From an uncultured Pseudomonadota bacterium (lineage in GTDB: Bacteria; Myxococcota_A; Polyangia; Fen-1088): 64,000 bases of DNA. How positions within the stretch are numbered: the first letter of the stretch is position 1; the number at the start of each line of letters is the position of its first letter. Both the position numbers and the translations under genes were made by a program. The notes under the pieces are model-generated. The model was not told the DNA's origin. It saw only the letters and a program-made list of their open reading frames with translations, and searched no databases. The stretch lies in contig CAWKBC010000030.1 of NCBI GenBank assembly GCA_963847705.1, positions 320,001 through 384,000 of the forward strand. The letters are read 5' to 3'. Below, one piece after another: positions 1 to 11,425 of the stretch.

Positions 1-2
1 TC

Positions 3-768
3 ATGAAGCTGGTGCCCAGGCTCGAGTTGAAGTTGGCTTCGATTGACGATCTGCTGGCCGGCCGGTGCGGCAAGGTGGCGCCCGGTGACGTGTTCGCGTT
101 CAACGGGATTTCGAACGTCGACGCCTTCATCCAAGAGGCGACCGATTCGGCCATCTCGCACGTCGGGATCGTCATCCGCGAGACGGACCAGGCGCCGCTC
201 TCGCTCCTGGAGGCGACGGGCAAGGGGATTACCGCCACGCCGCTCGCCGAGGTGCTCGAGGGCTACCGGCCCGATCACACCTGCTTCTACCTGCCGCTCG
301 CGCCGCCGAGCCGCGCCCTGGTCGTCCCCGCGGTGCTGACCGACTACTACCTCTCCAACGCGCTCGACAAGTACAACTACGACGGTGTGGTCGAGGCCGG
401 CCTCTACGACCTCGACCACCCCTTCTTCGATCGCCTGCTCACGCACTTTCACGAGAACTCACCCGTCGCCCGGGTCGCCGGGTGGTGGGAAGAGCTGGTG
501 AACGAGGCGCACAAGATCTCGGATCGAGGTCTTCGGAGAGACCCCGGCCTACCGCCGTCTCTTTTGCTCACAGCTGGTCTCGGAGGTGCTCCAGGCGATG
601 AAGGTGGTCGAGGTCCCGCCTCCGGCCCGGCTGGTGGTCCCGGTGGAGGTCTGCTGGTTCGACATCTACGCCGGGGCCTACCAGCTCAACGGCGGGGCGC
701 TCATGCTGGACCCCTTCCGCTGGGGCGACGCGCCAGTCCCGCTTCCTCTCGCCATGCCCGGACCGTAA
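3..768 (+). CDS. Permuted papain-like (YiiX/YebB, NlpC/P60-like) amidase with one apparent frameshift near 520
   Basis: GDVFAF..SHVGIV..LLEAT motifs lie in the 3..800 frame. The Cys motif (YRRLFCSQLVSEVL) lies in the frame of ORF 586..768. Removing one base at about 519 joins them. Confidence 0.7.
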
Positions 769-810
769 CCAATGGCCGCGGCAATCGTAGACTTCGCTAA
801 GGAGGTCGTC

Positions 811-1992
811 ATGAAGTCGCCCGAGCCCGAGCTGAAACCCAGGCTGTTGCCGTCAGTCCCCATCGCCGTCGCGGCGATGGTCGCCATCGCGCTGGTCGGC
901 GCCGCGCGCTGGAGTCGGTCCGCGCCGAGGGCGAGCGACCCCACAGGAGGGCGAGTGATGTCTCAGAAGAAATACACCAAACCGTCGACCGCAGAGCTCA
1001 AGAAGACGCTCACGGGCGTCCAGTACGAGGTGACCCAGAACGCCGGCACCGAGCCGCCGTTCGACAACGCCTACTGGAGCAACCACGAGGCGGGGCTCTA
1101 CGTCGACATTGCCACCGGCGAGCCGCTGTTCAGCTCGACCGACAAGTTCGAATCGGGGACCGGCTGGCCCAGCTTCACCCGCCCGGTCGAGCAGGGGCGG
1201 GTGGTCGACGCCAGCGACAGCTCCCACGGGATGGAGCGAACCGAGGTCCGTTCGGTGGGCGGCGGGTCGCACCTGGGGCACGTCTTCGACGACGGCCCGG
1301 CACCCACGCACCTGCGTTACTGCATCAACTCCGCTTCGCTGCGGTTCATCCCGGTCGCGAAGCTCGAAGCCGAGGGCTACGGCGCCTACGCGCCGCTCTT
1401 CGGGGGCGCAGCCAAGAGCACCACGGCCGCGGCTGCGCCGGCAGCGCCGGAGCCCAACACCTGCACCCGCCCGCCGGCCGGCGGCAAGCCGGGCTGTTCG
1501 CCGACGCTGGAGACGGCGATCCTGGCGGGCGGCTGCTTCTGGGGGATGGAGGACATCCTCCGGCAGATCCCCGGCGTCGTCGAGACGGAGGTCGGCTACA
1601 CGGGCGGCACGACCTCGCATCCCAAGTACGAGGACGTCCACACCGGCCGGACCGGCCACGCCGAATCGGTGCGGATCGTGTTCGACCCGAAGAAGCTGTC
1701 GTACGACGACCTGCTCGAGAAGTGGTTCTTCCGGATGCACGACCCGACCACGCCCGATCGGCAGGGGAACGACGTCGGGTCGCAGTATCGCTCGGCGATC
1801 TTCGTGACCTCGGCCGAGCAGCGCAAGGTGGCCGAGATGGCCCGCGACCACGCCCAGAAGTCAGGGCGCTGGAAGAGCTCGATCGTGACTCAGATCGTGG
1901 AGGCCGGTCCCTTCACCCCGGCCGAGGCCTACCACCAGAAGTACCTGGAGAAGAACCCAGGCGGCTACACCTGCCACTACGTCCGCAACTGA
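811..1992 (+). CDS. msrAB: Bifunctional methionine sulfoxide reductase MsrB-MsrA with N-terminal hydrophobic segment
   Basis: MsrB motifs GTEPPF, GWPSF, HLGHVF and RYCINSASL are followed by MsrA motifs GGCFWG, GHAESV and YHQKY. Start is uncertain (772, 811 or 958). Confidence 0.93.
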   Translation: MKSPEPELKPRLLPSVPIAVAAMVAIALVGAARWSRSAPRASDPTGGRVMSQKKYTKPSTAELKKTLTGVQYEVTQNAGTEPPFDNAYWSNHEAGLYVDIATGEPLFSSTDKFESGTGWPSFTRPVEQGRVVDASDSSHGMERTEVRSVGGGSHLGHVFDDGPAPTHLRYCINSASLRFIPVAKLEAEGYGAYAPLFGGAAKSTTAAAAPAAPEPNTCTRPPAGGKPGCSPTLETAILAGGCFWGMEDILRQIPGVVETEVGYTGGTTSHPKYEDVHTGRTGHAESVRIVFDPKKLSYDDLLEKWFFRMHDPTTPDRQGNDVGSQYRSAIFVTSAEQRKVAEMARDHAQKSGRWKSSIVTQIVEAGPFTPAEAYHQKYLEKNPGGYTCHYVRN

Positions 1993-2157
1993 CAGAGCCT
2001 CACTTTCCCGGCCCTCACCCCCAATTCGGGGGGAGGGCCGGTTTCATTTCTGGTCCGACCAGACGGCCGCGTGCAGCTCGCACGGTCTTTGGCGCGCGCG
2101 ATTTGGCAATTTGCAGGATCGGGGCCGGGAAACGCACAGCATCTCGGCCTGCGGCCC

Positions 2158-2173
2158 TGGCGCGAAATCTGCA
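2158..2173 (+). promoter_or_regulatory. Putative sigma-54 promoter (-24/-12)
   Basis: TGGCGCGAAATCTGCA has the GG-N10-GC spacing and lies just upstream of the ATG at 2196. Confidence 0.5.
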
Positions 2174-2195
2174 CACTCCAGCGGCAGGTCTCCCC

Positions 2196-2591
2196 ATGGA
2201 TCGCGCCGCCGACATCATCCCGATCTCGTCGCGCTCCGCGCGCCGCCCCCCGGTTCTGGCGTCCGAGCCCATCCAGAGCATTGCGGAGCCCAGCAGGAGC
2301 GGCGGGTGGGCTCTGGCGCTGGTCGGCATCGGGCTGGCGCTCGTCGCCGGGGTGGCGGTCTCTCGCGTGCAGCAGGTGAAGAGCGTCCGCACCCTTCCCG
2401 CCGCCGACCGCGTGGCCCTCTACCACCGGACGTTGACGGACGTCGAGACCGCCTGCACGACCCCCGAGGCCCGCGACGGCGCCCTGCGTGACCACTGCCT
2501 CGGGCAAGCGCAGTTCCTGACCCTCTTCCCGGACTGCGACGCCCGCTGCCAGCAGCTGGCCGCGTCCGTTCTCCCCCACGCCCGCCGCTAG
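2196..2591 (+). CDS. Hypothetical membrane-anchored protein with Cys-rich C-terminus
   Basis: One TM segment (WALALVGIGLALVAGVAV) followed by 4 Cys. This is the 3' part of ORF 1722..2591. Confidence 0.65.
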   Translation: MDRAADIIPISSRSARRPPVLASEPIQSIAEPSRSGGWALALVGIGLALVAGVAVSRVQQVKSVRTLPAADRVALYHRTLTDVETACTTPEARDGALRDHCLGQAQFLTLFPDCDARCQQLAASVLPHARR

Positions 2592-2757
2592 GCGGCCCCT
2601 CTCGGCGTCGACCGACGGGTCGCAGGTGACACTTTAGACACGTCGCCGGGACTTCCCAGCGCAGCAAGTGTCATCGCTTGGCGGGGGAAGCGAGTTGCGT
2701 CCAGGCGCGCACCTGGCCGGACAACGGCTCGATAAGGAATCGTGACCGCTCGGGCCG

Positions 2758-3684
2758 TTGCTGCCATTGTCGTTCTCGTTGTCGAAGCCCAGCTCATTCG
2801 CGCGCCGGCTGCTGCTGGTCTCGGCTCTGCTGGGCAGGGTGCTGTGGTGTTCGGCTCCCGCTCTGGCGGCCGGGACGCTGCGGGTCGACTTCATCGACGT
2901 GGGGCAGGGGGACGCGGCGCTGGTGATCTCGCCGACCGGGAAGACGGTGCTCATCGACGGGGGGCCCCACAGCTCGGCGCGGGCGCTCACCGCGTTCTTG
3001 CGCGCGCACGTGCACGCGCCGCTCGACCTCATCCTCCTGACCCACCGGCACGAGGACCATCTGGGCGGGCTGCCGGAGGTCGTCGAGGAGCTCGGCGCCC
3101 GGCAGTTCGTCGACGCACCGGTGCCGCACGCGCAGAAGGGGTACACCGCGTTGATGCGGGCGCTGGAGGCGCGCGGGGCGGTCGTCCGGCAGGCGACGCG
3201 CGGGCGGACCATCGATCTCGGCGGCGGCGCGACGCTGACGCTGCTCGGCCCGCCCGACCCGCTCATCACCGGATCGCACTCGGACGTGAACGCGAACAGC
3301 GTGGTCGCGCGGCTGACCTACCGCGGGTTCTCGGTGCTGTTCGCCGGGGACGCCGAGGCTCCGACGGAATCCTGGCTGCTCACCTCGGGCGTGACGCTGC
3401 GGTCGGTGGTGCTCAAGGTTGCGCACCATGGCAGCCGTTACGCGTCGGGCACCCCGTTCCTGCAGGCGGTGGGGGCGCGGATCGCCGTCGTCAGCGTCGG
3501 TGCGGGGAACAGGTACCGCCACCCGGCCTCCGCCACGCTGGCGCGGCTCGCCCGGGCGGGGGCCACGATCTATCGTACCGACATGGACGGCGACGTGACG
3601 ATCGAAAGCGACGGCGCGAGCGACGGCTCGTCGGTGCGGGTCCGGACCGCCCGCGGTCGCCAGGAGACGGTGTCGGCGCGATGA
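2758..3684 (+). CDS. ComEC/Rec2-family MBL-fold hydrolase
   Basis: Motifs DVGQGDA, LIDGG, LTHRHEDHLGG, NANSVV, LFAGD, LKVAHHGS, YRHP and YRTD. Confidence 0.9.
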   Translation: MLPLSFSLSKPSSFARRLLLVSALLGRVLWCSAPALAAGTLRVDFIDVGQGDAALVISPTGKTVLIDGGPHSSARALTAFLRAHVHAPLDLILLTHRHEDHLGGLPEVVEELGARQFVDAPVPHAQKGYTALMRALEARGAVVRQATRGRTIDLGGGATLTLLGPPDPLITGSHSDVNANSVVARLTYRGFSVLFAGDAEAPTESWLLTSGVTLRSVVLKVAHHGSRYASGTPFLQAVGARIAVVSVGAGNRYRHPASATLARLARAGATIYRTDMDGDVTIESDGASDGSSVRVRTARGRQETVSAR

Positions 3685-3935
3685 GCGAACCGCCCGCTCG
3701 ATCGGCCGACACGGCCGACACGCTGCTGTTCGTCGACCAGATCGAGAACGGCTGGGCGCACCTGCTGCTCGGGGAAACGGCGTTCGACGTCCCGGTCCGT
3801 TTGCTTCCCGCCGGCAGCAAAGAGGGGACCTGGCTGCGCTGGTCCTTCGCCGCGGCCCCGCCGCCGCCCGACGCCGGCGCCATCATCCGCCGCAAGCTGC
3901 AGCAGGGCGACGACGGCGGTGACATCAAGCTGTGA
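3681..3935 (+). CDS. DUF3006-like small protein
   Basis: ATGA overlap with the ComEC-like gene; VDQIENGWAHL..VPVRLLPAGSKEG pattern. Confidence 0.65.
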   Translation: MSEPPARSADTADTLLFVDQIENGWAHLLLGETAFDVPVRLLPAGSKEGTWLRWSFAAAPPPPDAGAIIRRKLQQGDDGGDIKL

Positions 3936-4084
3936 GGGGGTGCGCCCTCCTGGAACTTGATGTTGTCGATCTGCAGCTCCACGGTGCAGGTCTCGGTGCC
4001 GGCCGAGGAGGAGCTCACCTGCCACTGGATGCCGGTCACCTGCCCTCGCCACCGTCCACGCGCCGGATGACCCAGAGACGGCGG

Positions 4085-5067
4085 TTACTGCGTCTGGGTC
4101 TGGGTCGCGGCGGCGACCACCGGCTCTTCCCCTTCCAGCCCCCCCTGCAGCTCGCCGCAGGCGGCGCCGGTTTCGTCGACGATGCGGGTGAGCAGCGCAT
4201 GCTCGGAGGAGGGGACGCCGGCCTTCTCCTGGTTGTCGAGCCAATGGTCGAGCGCATCGAGGCGCTTGCGGGCGTCGGCGATGCCGCGATTGCCCGTCGA
4301 CGGGAGCCGCTTGACCAGGCCCAGCGCCGAGCGCAGGCAGTAGCGCAGCGAGCGGGGGAAGCGGTTCTCGAACAGCAGGAAGCCGATCACGCTCTCGCCG
4401 CTGACCCGCCCCTGCTGCTTGCGCATGTAGGCCTCGAAGCCGGAGCAGGCGCGCAGCAGCGACAGCCAGAGCGCTGACTGCAGCAGCGGCTGTTGCTGCG
4501 CCTCGGCGGCGCCGCGGATGTGGTGGTGCATGTCCAGCGTCCGCGCCGTCTGACCCAGGCGCTCGATCATCACGCCCAGCCAGAGAAAATCCATCGCCTC
4601 GTCGTGCATCATCGTGCTGCGCATGAGGCCGAGCGCCAGCTGCGTCGAGCGGCGGACGTTCCGGTAGACCTCGTCGCGGTCGTTCAGGTACTGCGCGGCG
4701 GCGCCTTCGCTCATGAACCAGAGATAGAGCTCGTTGGTCGCTTCCCAGATGTCGTGGCCGATCACCTCGCGGATCGAGCGTGCCCCTTCGCGCCCGGCGC
4801 GGATCGAGCTGCGGATCGAGACCGGGTTGTCGGGTGACCAGGTCATGTAGCGCTGGACCGCCTCGCCGTCACCGGCGGCCTCGGCGCCCAGGTCCTCGGC
4901 CAGATCGGGGTACTGGCCCGAAACGATCACCAGCGGGCGCCAGCAGTAGAGCGGTGGCAGCTCGGCATCGAACGCCAGGATGCGCGTCACCTGCAGGAGG
5001 CGCGCGGTGCTCTCGGCCCGTTCGATGTAGCGGCCGAGCCAGAAGCAGTGGTCCGCGACCCGGGAGA

Positions 5068-5071
<4 letters not shown>
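4085..5071 (-). CDS. Alpha-E domain protein (DUF403)
   Basis: Begins VISRVADHCFWLGRYIERAE; later IERLGQTARTLD and FPRSLRYC. GTGA overlap with the upstream gene. Confidence 0.9.
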
Positions 5072-6603
<1,532 letters not shown>

Positions 6604-6693
6604 TCTATCTCAGTAACATCGGTTTACGGTATTTGATCCTTCTCGAAACCTGACATTAACCTCGGAAGCCCTAAGTTGCCCCCTATTCACGGA

Positions 6694-9276
6694 ATGCCGC
6701 ACGACGCGCCGGGCTCGGCGCCTGGAGTAGACGAGGCCGGGCCACCGCAGTCGGTGGTCCCCTGGGACGAGATGCGTGCGCCCGACGGGTCGGTGCGCCC
6801 GCACTGGCGGGTGCTCGACGGCGCGCTCAAGTCGTTCGGGCCGGGCGAGATGTGGCGGCGCTGGGAGCAGGCGCGCCAGCTCATCCGCCAGCACGGCGTC
6901 ACGTTCAACGTCTACGGCGATCCGCGCGGCCTCGAGCGCCCCTGGCCGCTCGATCCGGTGCCGGTCCTGCTGTCGGCCGACGAGTTCGCCTTGCTGACCG
7001 AAGGGCTGGCGCAGCGCGCGTCGCTCCTGGACCGGCTGCTGGCGGATCTCTACGGGCCGCGGCGGACGATCGCCGAGGGGGTGATTCCGCCCGAGGTCTT
7101 TCTGGCCCACCCGAACCTCCTGCGCGCCTGCGCCGGGCTGGTGCCACCCGGGGGGCGCTTCCTGCATTTTTATGCCGCCGACCTGGCCCGCACGCCCGAC
7201 GGGTCGCTGCGGGTGCTGGCCGATCGCACGCAGGCCCCGGCCGGGGCAGGGTATGCGCTGGAGAACCGGATCGTGCTCGGGCGCGTGCTGCCGGAGGCGT
7301 TCCGCGATTCGAATGCCCAGCGGCTGGCGCTGTTCTTTCGCACGCTGCGCGAGACGCTGGCGGGCCTGGCGCCGCAGGGGGTCCTCAACCCGCGCATCGT
7401 GCTCTTGACCGCCGGGCCGCACAACGCCACCTACTTCGAGCAGGCTTTCCTGGCGCAGTACCTCGGCTATCCGCTGGTCGAGGGGGGCGATCTGACGGTG
7501 CGCGACGGGCGGGTCTTTCTGAAGACGCTGGGCGGGCTGCATCCGGTCGACGTGATCCTGCGCCGCCTGCGCGACGACTACTGCGATCCGCTCGAGCTGC
7601 GCGCCGATTCGCTCCTGGGGGTGCCGGGGCTCCTGCAGGCGGCCCGCGACGGGACGGTGGCCGTCGCCAACGCCATCGGGACGGGCGTCCTGCAGACGCC
7701 GGCGCTGATCCCCTTCTTGCCCGGGCTCTGCCGCATGCTGCTGGGTGAGGAGCTGAAGCTGACGTCGGTCGAGACCTGGTGGTGCGGTCAGGCGGAGATT
7801 CTGCAGCACGTGCTGGTGAACCTGCGCGAGATGGTGATCAAGCCGACCTATCCGCTCGGCCCCACCGATCCGATCTTCGTGGCGCGCATGGACGACGCGG
7901 CGGTGGAGACGCTGGCGGCGACCATCCGCGCCAACCCCAGCCGCTACGTGGCGCAGCGCCACATTCCGCCCTCGACGGTGCCGGTGATCGAAGGTGACGA
8001 GCTGCGCGCCCGGCCGGTGGTGCTGCGCACCTTCGTCGTCGCCGACGGCACCGAGGGTTACCAGGCGATGCCGGGCGCGCTCGGCCTGGTGGGCGGCGTG
8101 GGCGAGTCGGACATCTCGATCGCGCGCGGCGCGCGCAGCAAGGACACCTGGGTCATCAGCGGCGGCGCGGTCAGCGAGTTCACGCTGCTGCGGCCGACGG
8201 TGGAGCCGGTCGAGCTGACCCGCGGCGGCGGCGATCTGCCGAGCCGCGTGGCCGACAACTTCTTCTGGCTCGGCCGCTACGCCGAGCGGGCGGAGGCGAT
8301 CGCCCGCCTGGGGCGCATCATCTGTCTGCGGCTGGCGGAGCCGCGCGATCCCCAGCTGCTGGCCGGCGATCTGGCCCCGCTGGTCGCCTCGCTGCGCGCG
8401 CTGACCATGGTCGCTTCGGGGACCGAGCTGGCGGCGCTGCCGCCGCTGGCGGAGGTGGCGGAGTCCAACCGGATCATGCGCGAGGCGCTGTTCAACGAAG
8501 CCCTCTCCGGCTCGCTGATGGCCTCGGGGCACGCGATCGACAGGGTGTCGCGGGCCATCCGCGATCGTCTGTCGATGGACACCTGGACGGTGGTGTCGGC
8601 GCTGGCGCACGAGCTCGACGACGCGGAGCGCGGCGGCGCGGACGAGCGTCCCATCGTTTTGGGCGCCCGGCTCGATCGGGTGGTCATGATCCTGGCGGGG
8701 CTGTCCGGCTTCACGTCGGAGAGCATGACCCGCGAGGCGCCCTGGCGGTTCCTCGACATGGGGCGGCGCCTGGAACGCGCCCTCAACACCGCGCTGATGA
8801 TCGAGCGGACGCTCCCCCGCGCCACCACGAACGACGAGCTGCCGCTGCTCGAGGCGCTGCTCGACGCCGCCGACAGCGCGATGACCTACCGGCGCCGTTA
8901 CCGCGCGACGCTGCAGGTGGCACCGGTCGTCGACCTCTTGGTCGCGGACGAGCGGAACCCGCGGGCCATCGTGTTTCAGCTGGCGGCGCTGGCCGATCAC
9001 GTCGCCTCCCTGCCGCGCGACGCCGCCAGCGCCCGGCGCAGCGTCGAGGAACGGATCGCCTTCGAGGCTCTCTCCGAGATTCGCCTGGTCGACGTCGAGG
9101 CGGTCTGCGCGCTGGCGGGGGAGGGCGGGGAAGCAGGACAGGGCCGTCCGGTGCTGGGAGCGCTGCTGGTCGATCTGGTGCACAAGCTGCAGGGCCTGTC
9201 GGACGCGCTGTTCGCGGCCTACCTGACCCCGGCCACCATTTCGCGCGCGCTGGCGTCGGGGGAGATCGGCGCGTGA
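6694..9276 (+). CDS. Circularly permuted ATP-grasp fused to an alpha-E domain
   Basis: ATP-grasp motifs QAPAGAGYALENR, TYFEQAFLA and SKDTWV, then alpha-E motifs LPSRVADNFFWLGRYAERAE and FLDMGRRLERA. Confidence 0.92.
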   Translation: MPHDAPGSAPGVDEAGPPQSVVPWDEMRAPDGSVRPHWRVLDGALKSFGPGEMWRRWEQARQLIRQHGVTFNVYGDPRGLERPWPLDPVPVLLSADEFALLTEGLAQRASLLDRLLADLYGPRRTIAEGVIPPEVFLAHPNLLRACAGLVPPGGRFLHFYAADLARTPDGSLRVLADRTQAPAGAGYALENRIVLGRVLPEAFRDSNAQRLALFFRTLRETLAGLAPQGVLNPRIVLLTAGPHNATYFEQAFLAQYLGYPLVEGGDLTVRDGRVFLKTLGGLHPVDVILRRLRDDYCDPLELRADSLLGVPGLLQAARDGTVAVANAIGTGVLQTPALIPFLPGLCRMLLGEELKLTSVETWWCGQAEILQHVLVNLREMVIKPTYPLGPTDPIFVARMDDAAVETLAATIRANPSRYVAQRHIPPSTVPVIEGDELRARPVVLRTFVVADGTEGYQAMPGALGLVGGVGESDISIARGARSKDTWVISGGAVSEFTLLRPTVEPVELTRGGGDLPSRVADNFFWLGRYAERAEAIARLGRIICLRLAEPRDPQLLAGDLAPLVASLRALTMVASGTELAALPPLAEVAESNRIMREALFNEALSGSLMASGHAIDRVSRAIRDRLSMDTWTVVSALAHELDDAERGGADERPIVLGARLDRVVMILAGLSGFTSESMTREAPWRFLDMGRRLERALNTALMIERTLPRATTNDELPLLEALLDAADSAMTYRRRYRATLQVAPVVDLLVADERNPRAIVFQLAALADHVASLPRDAASARRSVEERIAFEALSEIRLVDVEAVCALAGEGGEAGQGRPVLGALLVDLVHKLQGLSDALFAAYLTPATISRALASGEIGA

Positions 9277-10154
9277 TCTACCGGGTCAAGCACATCACCG
9301 AGTACCACTACAGCGTGCCGGTCTCGACCTCGCACCACGAGCTGCACGTCCTCATGCGCGGGTCGACGCGCCAGCGGATCCGCGCCGAATCGCTGACCGT
9401 CGACCCCTGGCCCGCGGTGCGGCGCGATCGCTTCGACTGGTTCGGCAACCGCGCCACCCACCTGGCGATCCACGAGCGTCACAGCGACCTGGCCGTCACC
9501 TCGGAGACGGAGCTGGAGGTGACCGCGCCGCCCCCCCTGCCGAACGAGGGAGGGCCCTGGGAGGCGACCCGCGATTGGGTTCGCGCCGCGGCCGACCCCG
9601 AGGCGCGCGCGGCCTTCGAATGGATCCTGCGATCGCCCCACGTCGAGCTCTCCGCGGCGGCGCGTGACTTCGCCGAGCCGTCGTTTCCGGCGGGGCGTCC
9701 GCTGGCGGAGGCGGCGCGCGATCTCATGACCCGGATTCACGAGGCGCTGGTCTACGACCAGACCGCCACCGACGTCTCGACCTCGGTCGACGAGGTGTTG
9801 CGCGGCGGACGCGGCGTCTGCCAGGACTTCGCGCACGTCCAGATCGCCGGGATGCGCGCGCTGGGGCTGCCGGCCCGCTACGTGAGCGGCTACCTGGTGA
9901 CCGCGCCGGAGCCGGGCAAGCCCCGCCTGGTCGGCGCCGACGCCTCGCACGCCTGGCTGTCGGTGCGCTCGCCGGCCTTCGGCTGGCTGGATCTCGACCC
10001 GACCAACGACGTCGTCCCCACCGATCGCCACGTCGTCGTCGCCTACGGGCGCGACTTCGACGACGTGACCCCGATGCGCGGGGTGCTGCTCGGTGGGGGG
10101 CGCCACCAGCTTCACGTGTCGGTCGACGTCGAGCCCGTGGATTCGGGCTCCTGA
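9273..10154 (+). CDS. Transglutaminase-family protein (bacterial N-terminal domain plus core)
   Basis: Starts YRVKHITEYHY; catalytic motifs GVCQDFAH, ARYVSGYL, SHAW and DPTN. Confidence 0.93.
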   Translation: MIYRVKHITEYHYSVPVSTSHHELHVLMRGSTRQRIRAESLTVDPWPAVRRDRFDWFGNRATHLAIHERHSDLAVTSETELEVTAPPPLPNEGGPWEATRDWVRAAADPEARAAFEWILRSPHVELSAAARDFAEPSFPAGRPLAEAARDLMTRIHEALVYDQTATDVSTSVDEVLRGGRGVCQDFAHVQIAGMRALGLPARYVSGYLVTAPEPGKPRLVGADASHAWLSVRSPAFGWLDLDPTNDVVPTDRHVVVAYGRDFDDVTPMRGVLLGGGRHQLHVSVDVEPVDSGS

Positions 10155-10167
10155 GCGCGTCGACGGC

Positions 10168-11131
10168 TCAGCGCCGCCGGCGCGAAGGCCTCGAGCTCTG
10201 CAGCTGTCTGCGCACCTCGCCCACGACGTCGATCAACGGTCGCAGCAGGGGGGACCGCGCGGCGTCGGCCCGCCAGACCGCGATGTCGCACACCTCGACG
10301 CCGAGATCCGTCAGCGGCCGCCACACCGCGGACCCCGGATCGAGAGCGCCCGGGCGATCGATCGCTGCGCCGGCATCGAGAAACCGAGCCCCGTTCTCGG
10401 CCGCGAACGTCATGCCGAGTCCACTCGAGACCAGCGCCCACACGGCTTCGCCGTCGCCGACCTCCGGCGCCAGGGTCAACACCACGCCGTGGGCGCGGAC
10501 AGCCGCGATGATGTCGTCGTACAACCGCGGTCGCAGCCGCCGCGGCCCCATCAGAGATCGATTCATTCGCCAGATCCCGGACCTTGAGCTTGGCCTTCCT
10601 GGCGAGGCGATGCGCTTTCGGCAGCCGGATCCCCATTCGCGTTCGCGACAGCACCACGCTGCGCAACGACGCATCGTCTGGGAGCTCGTTGGTGTAGGCG
10701 AGCGCGATGTCACCGCGCCGCAGCGCCTCCCACTGTTCGGTGCTGATCATCGGCAGGAGCTTCACGCTCACGCGCGGTTGCCGCCTTCGAAGCTCGGTGA
10801 CGATCGTCGAAAGACATCCGAGGTATCCCGCTCCCGGCTCGAAGCCGATCCCGATCGTGCCGATCCTTCCGTCCGTCGCCTCGCGCGCCTCCCCCATGGC
10901 CGCCTCCACGGCCGCCAGAATCCCCTTGGCCCTGTGCAGGAACATGCGTCCGGCCAGCGTCAGTTTCACGCCCCGCCCCGAGGGTACAAAGAGGTCGACG
11001 CCGATCTCTTCTCTCAGCTGCTGCATCTGGCGGCTGAGGGGCGACTGGGAGACGTGCACCTTCTCGGACGCGCGGTGGAAGTTCTCTTCCTCGGCGACCG
11101 CCACGAAGTAGCGCAGGTGACGAAGCTCCAC
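10168..11131 (-). CDS. LysR-family regulator with apparent frameshift near 10555
   Basis: N-terminal HTH MELRHLRYFVAVAEEENFHRA. The substrate-binding C-terminus continues in ORF 10168..10713. Confidence 0.85.
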
Positions 11132-11165
11132 GCGACTCGACCTCCAGGCTGGGGAAAAAGAGACT

Positions 11166-11182
11166 AAGACCTAGCAGGTCTT
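11166..11182. promoter_or_regulatory. Inverted repeat in the lysR/efflux divergent region (candidate operator)
   Basis: AAGACCT-AGC-AGGTCTT, perfect 7-bp arms. Confidence 0.45.
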
Positions 11183-11241
11183 GAAAGGCCCTTCAACAAT
11201 GTCTTGGACCCCCGAGGACCCGAAGACGCAGGATCGGGCGC

Positions 11242-11400
11242 ATGAAGGCAGTTCGATACAGCGAATACGGAGGGCCGGAGGTTCTGCGCGTCGTCGAGAT
11301 CGCCGCGCCGCACCCCGGCCCCGGCCAGGTGCCGATCGCAGTCCGGGCCGCCGGCCCCGCAGGGGGGGACGCGGCCCTCGATCTCGCCGGCCCGGGGATC
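11242..11400 (+). pseudogene. 5' fragment of an NADPH:quinone oxidoreductase (MDR family)
   Basis: MKAVRYSEYGGPEVLRVVEIAAPHPGPGQVPIAVRAAG, after which similarity is lost. Confidence 0.7.
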
Positions 11401-11425
11401 ATTCGCGTCGCCGGGGAGCTTGACG

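Noticed and set aside
10168-11131. lysR (and the genes at 3, 35602 and 46630) as true pseudogenes
   Set aside because: Each has a single +1 insertion at a GATC site and is otherwise intact, so a sequencing artefact is more likely.
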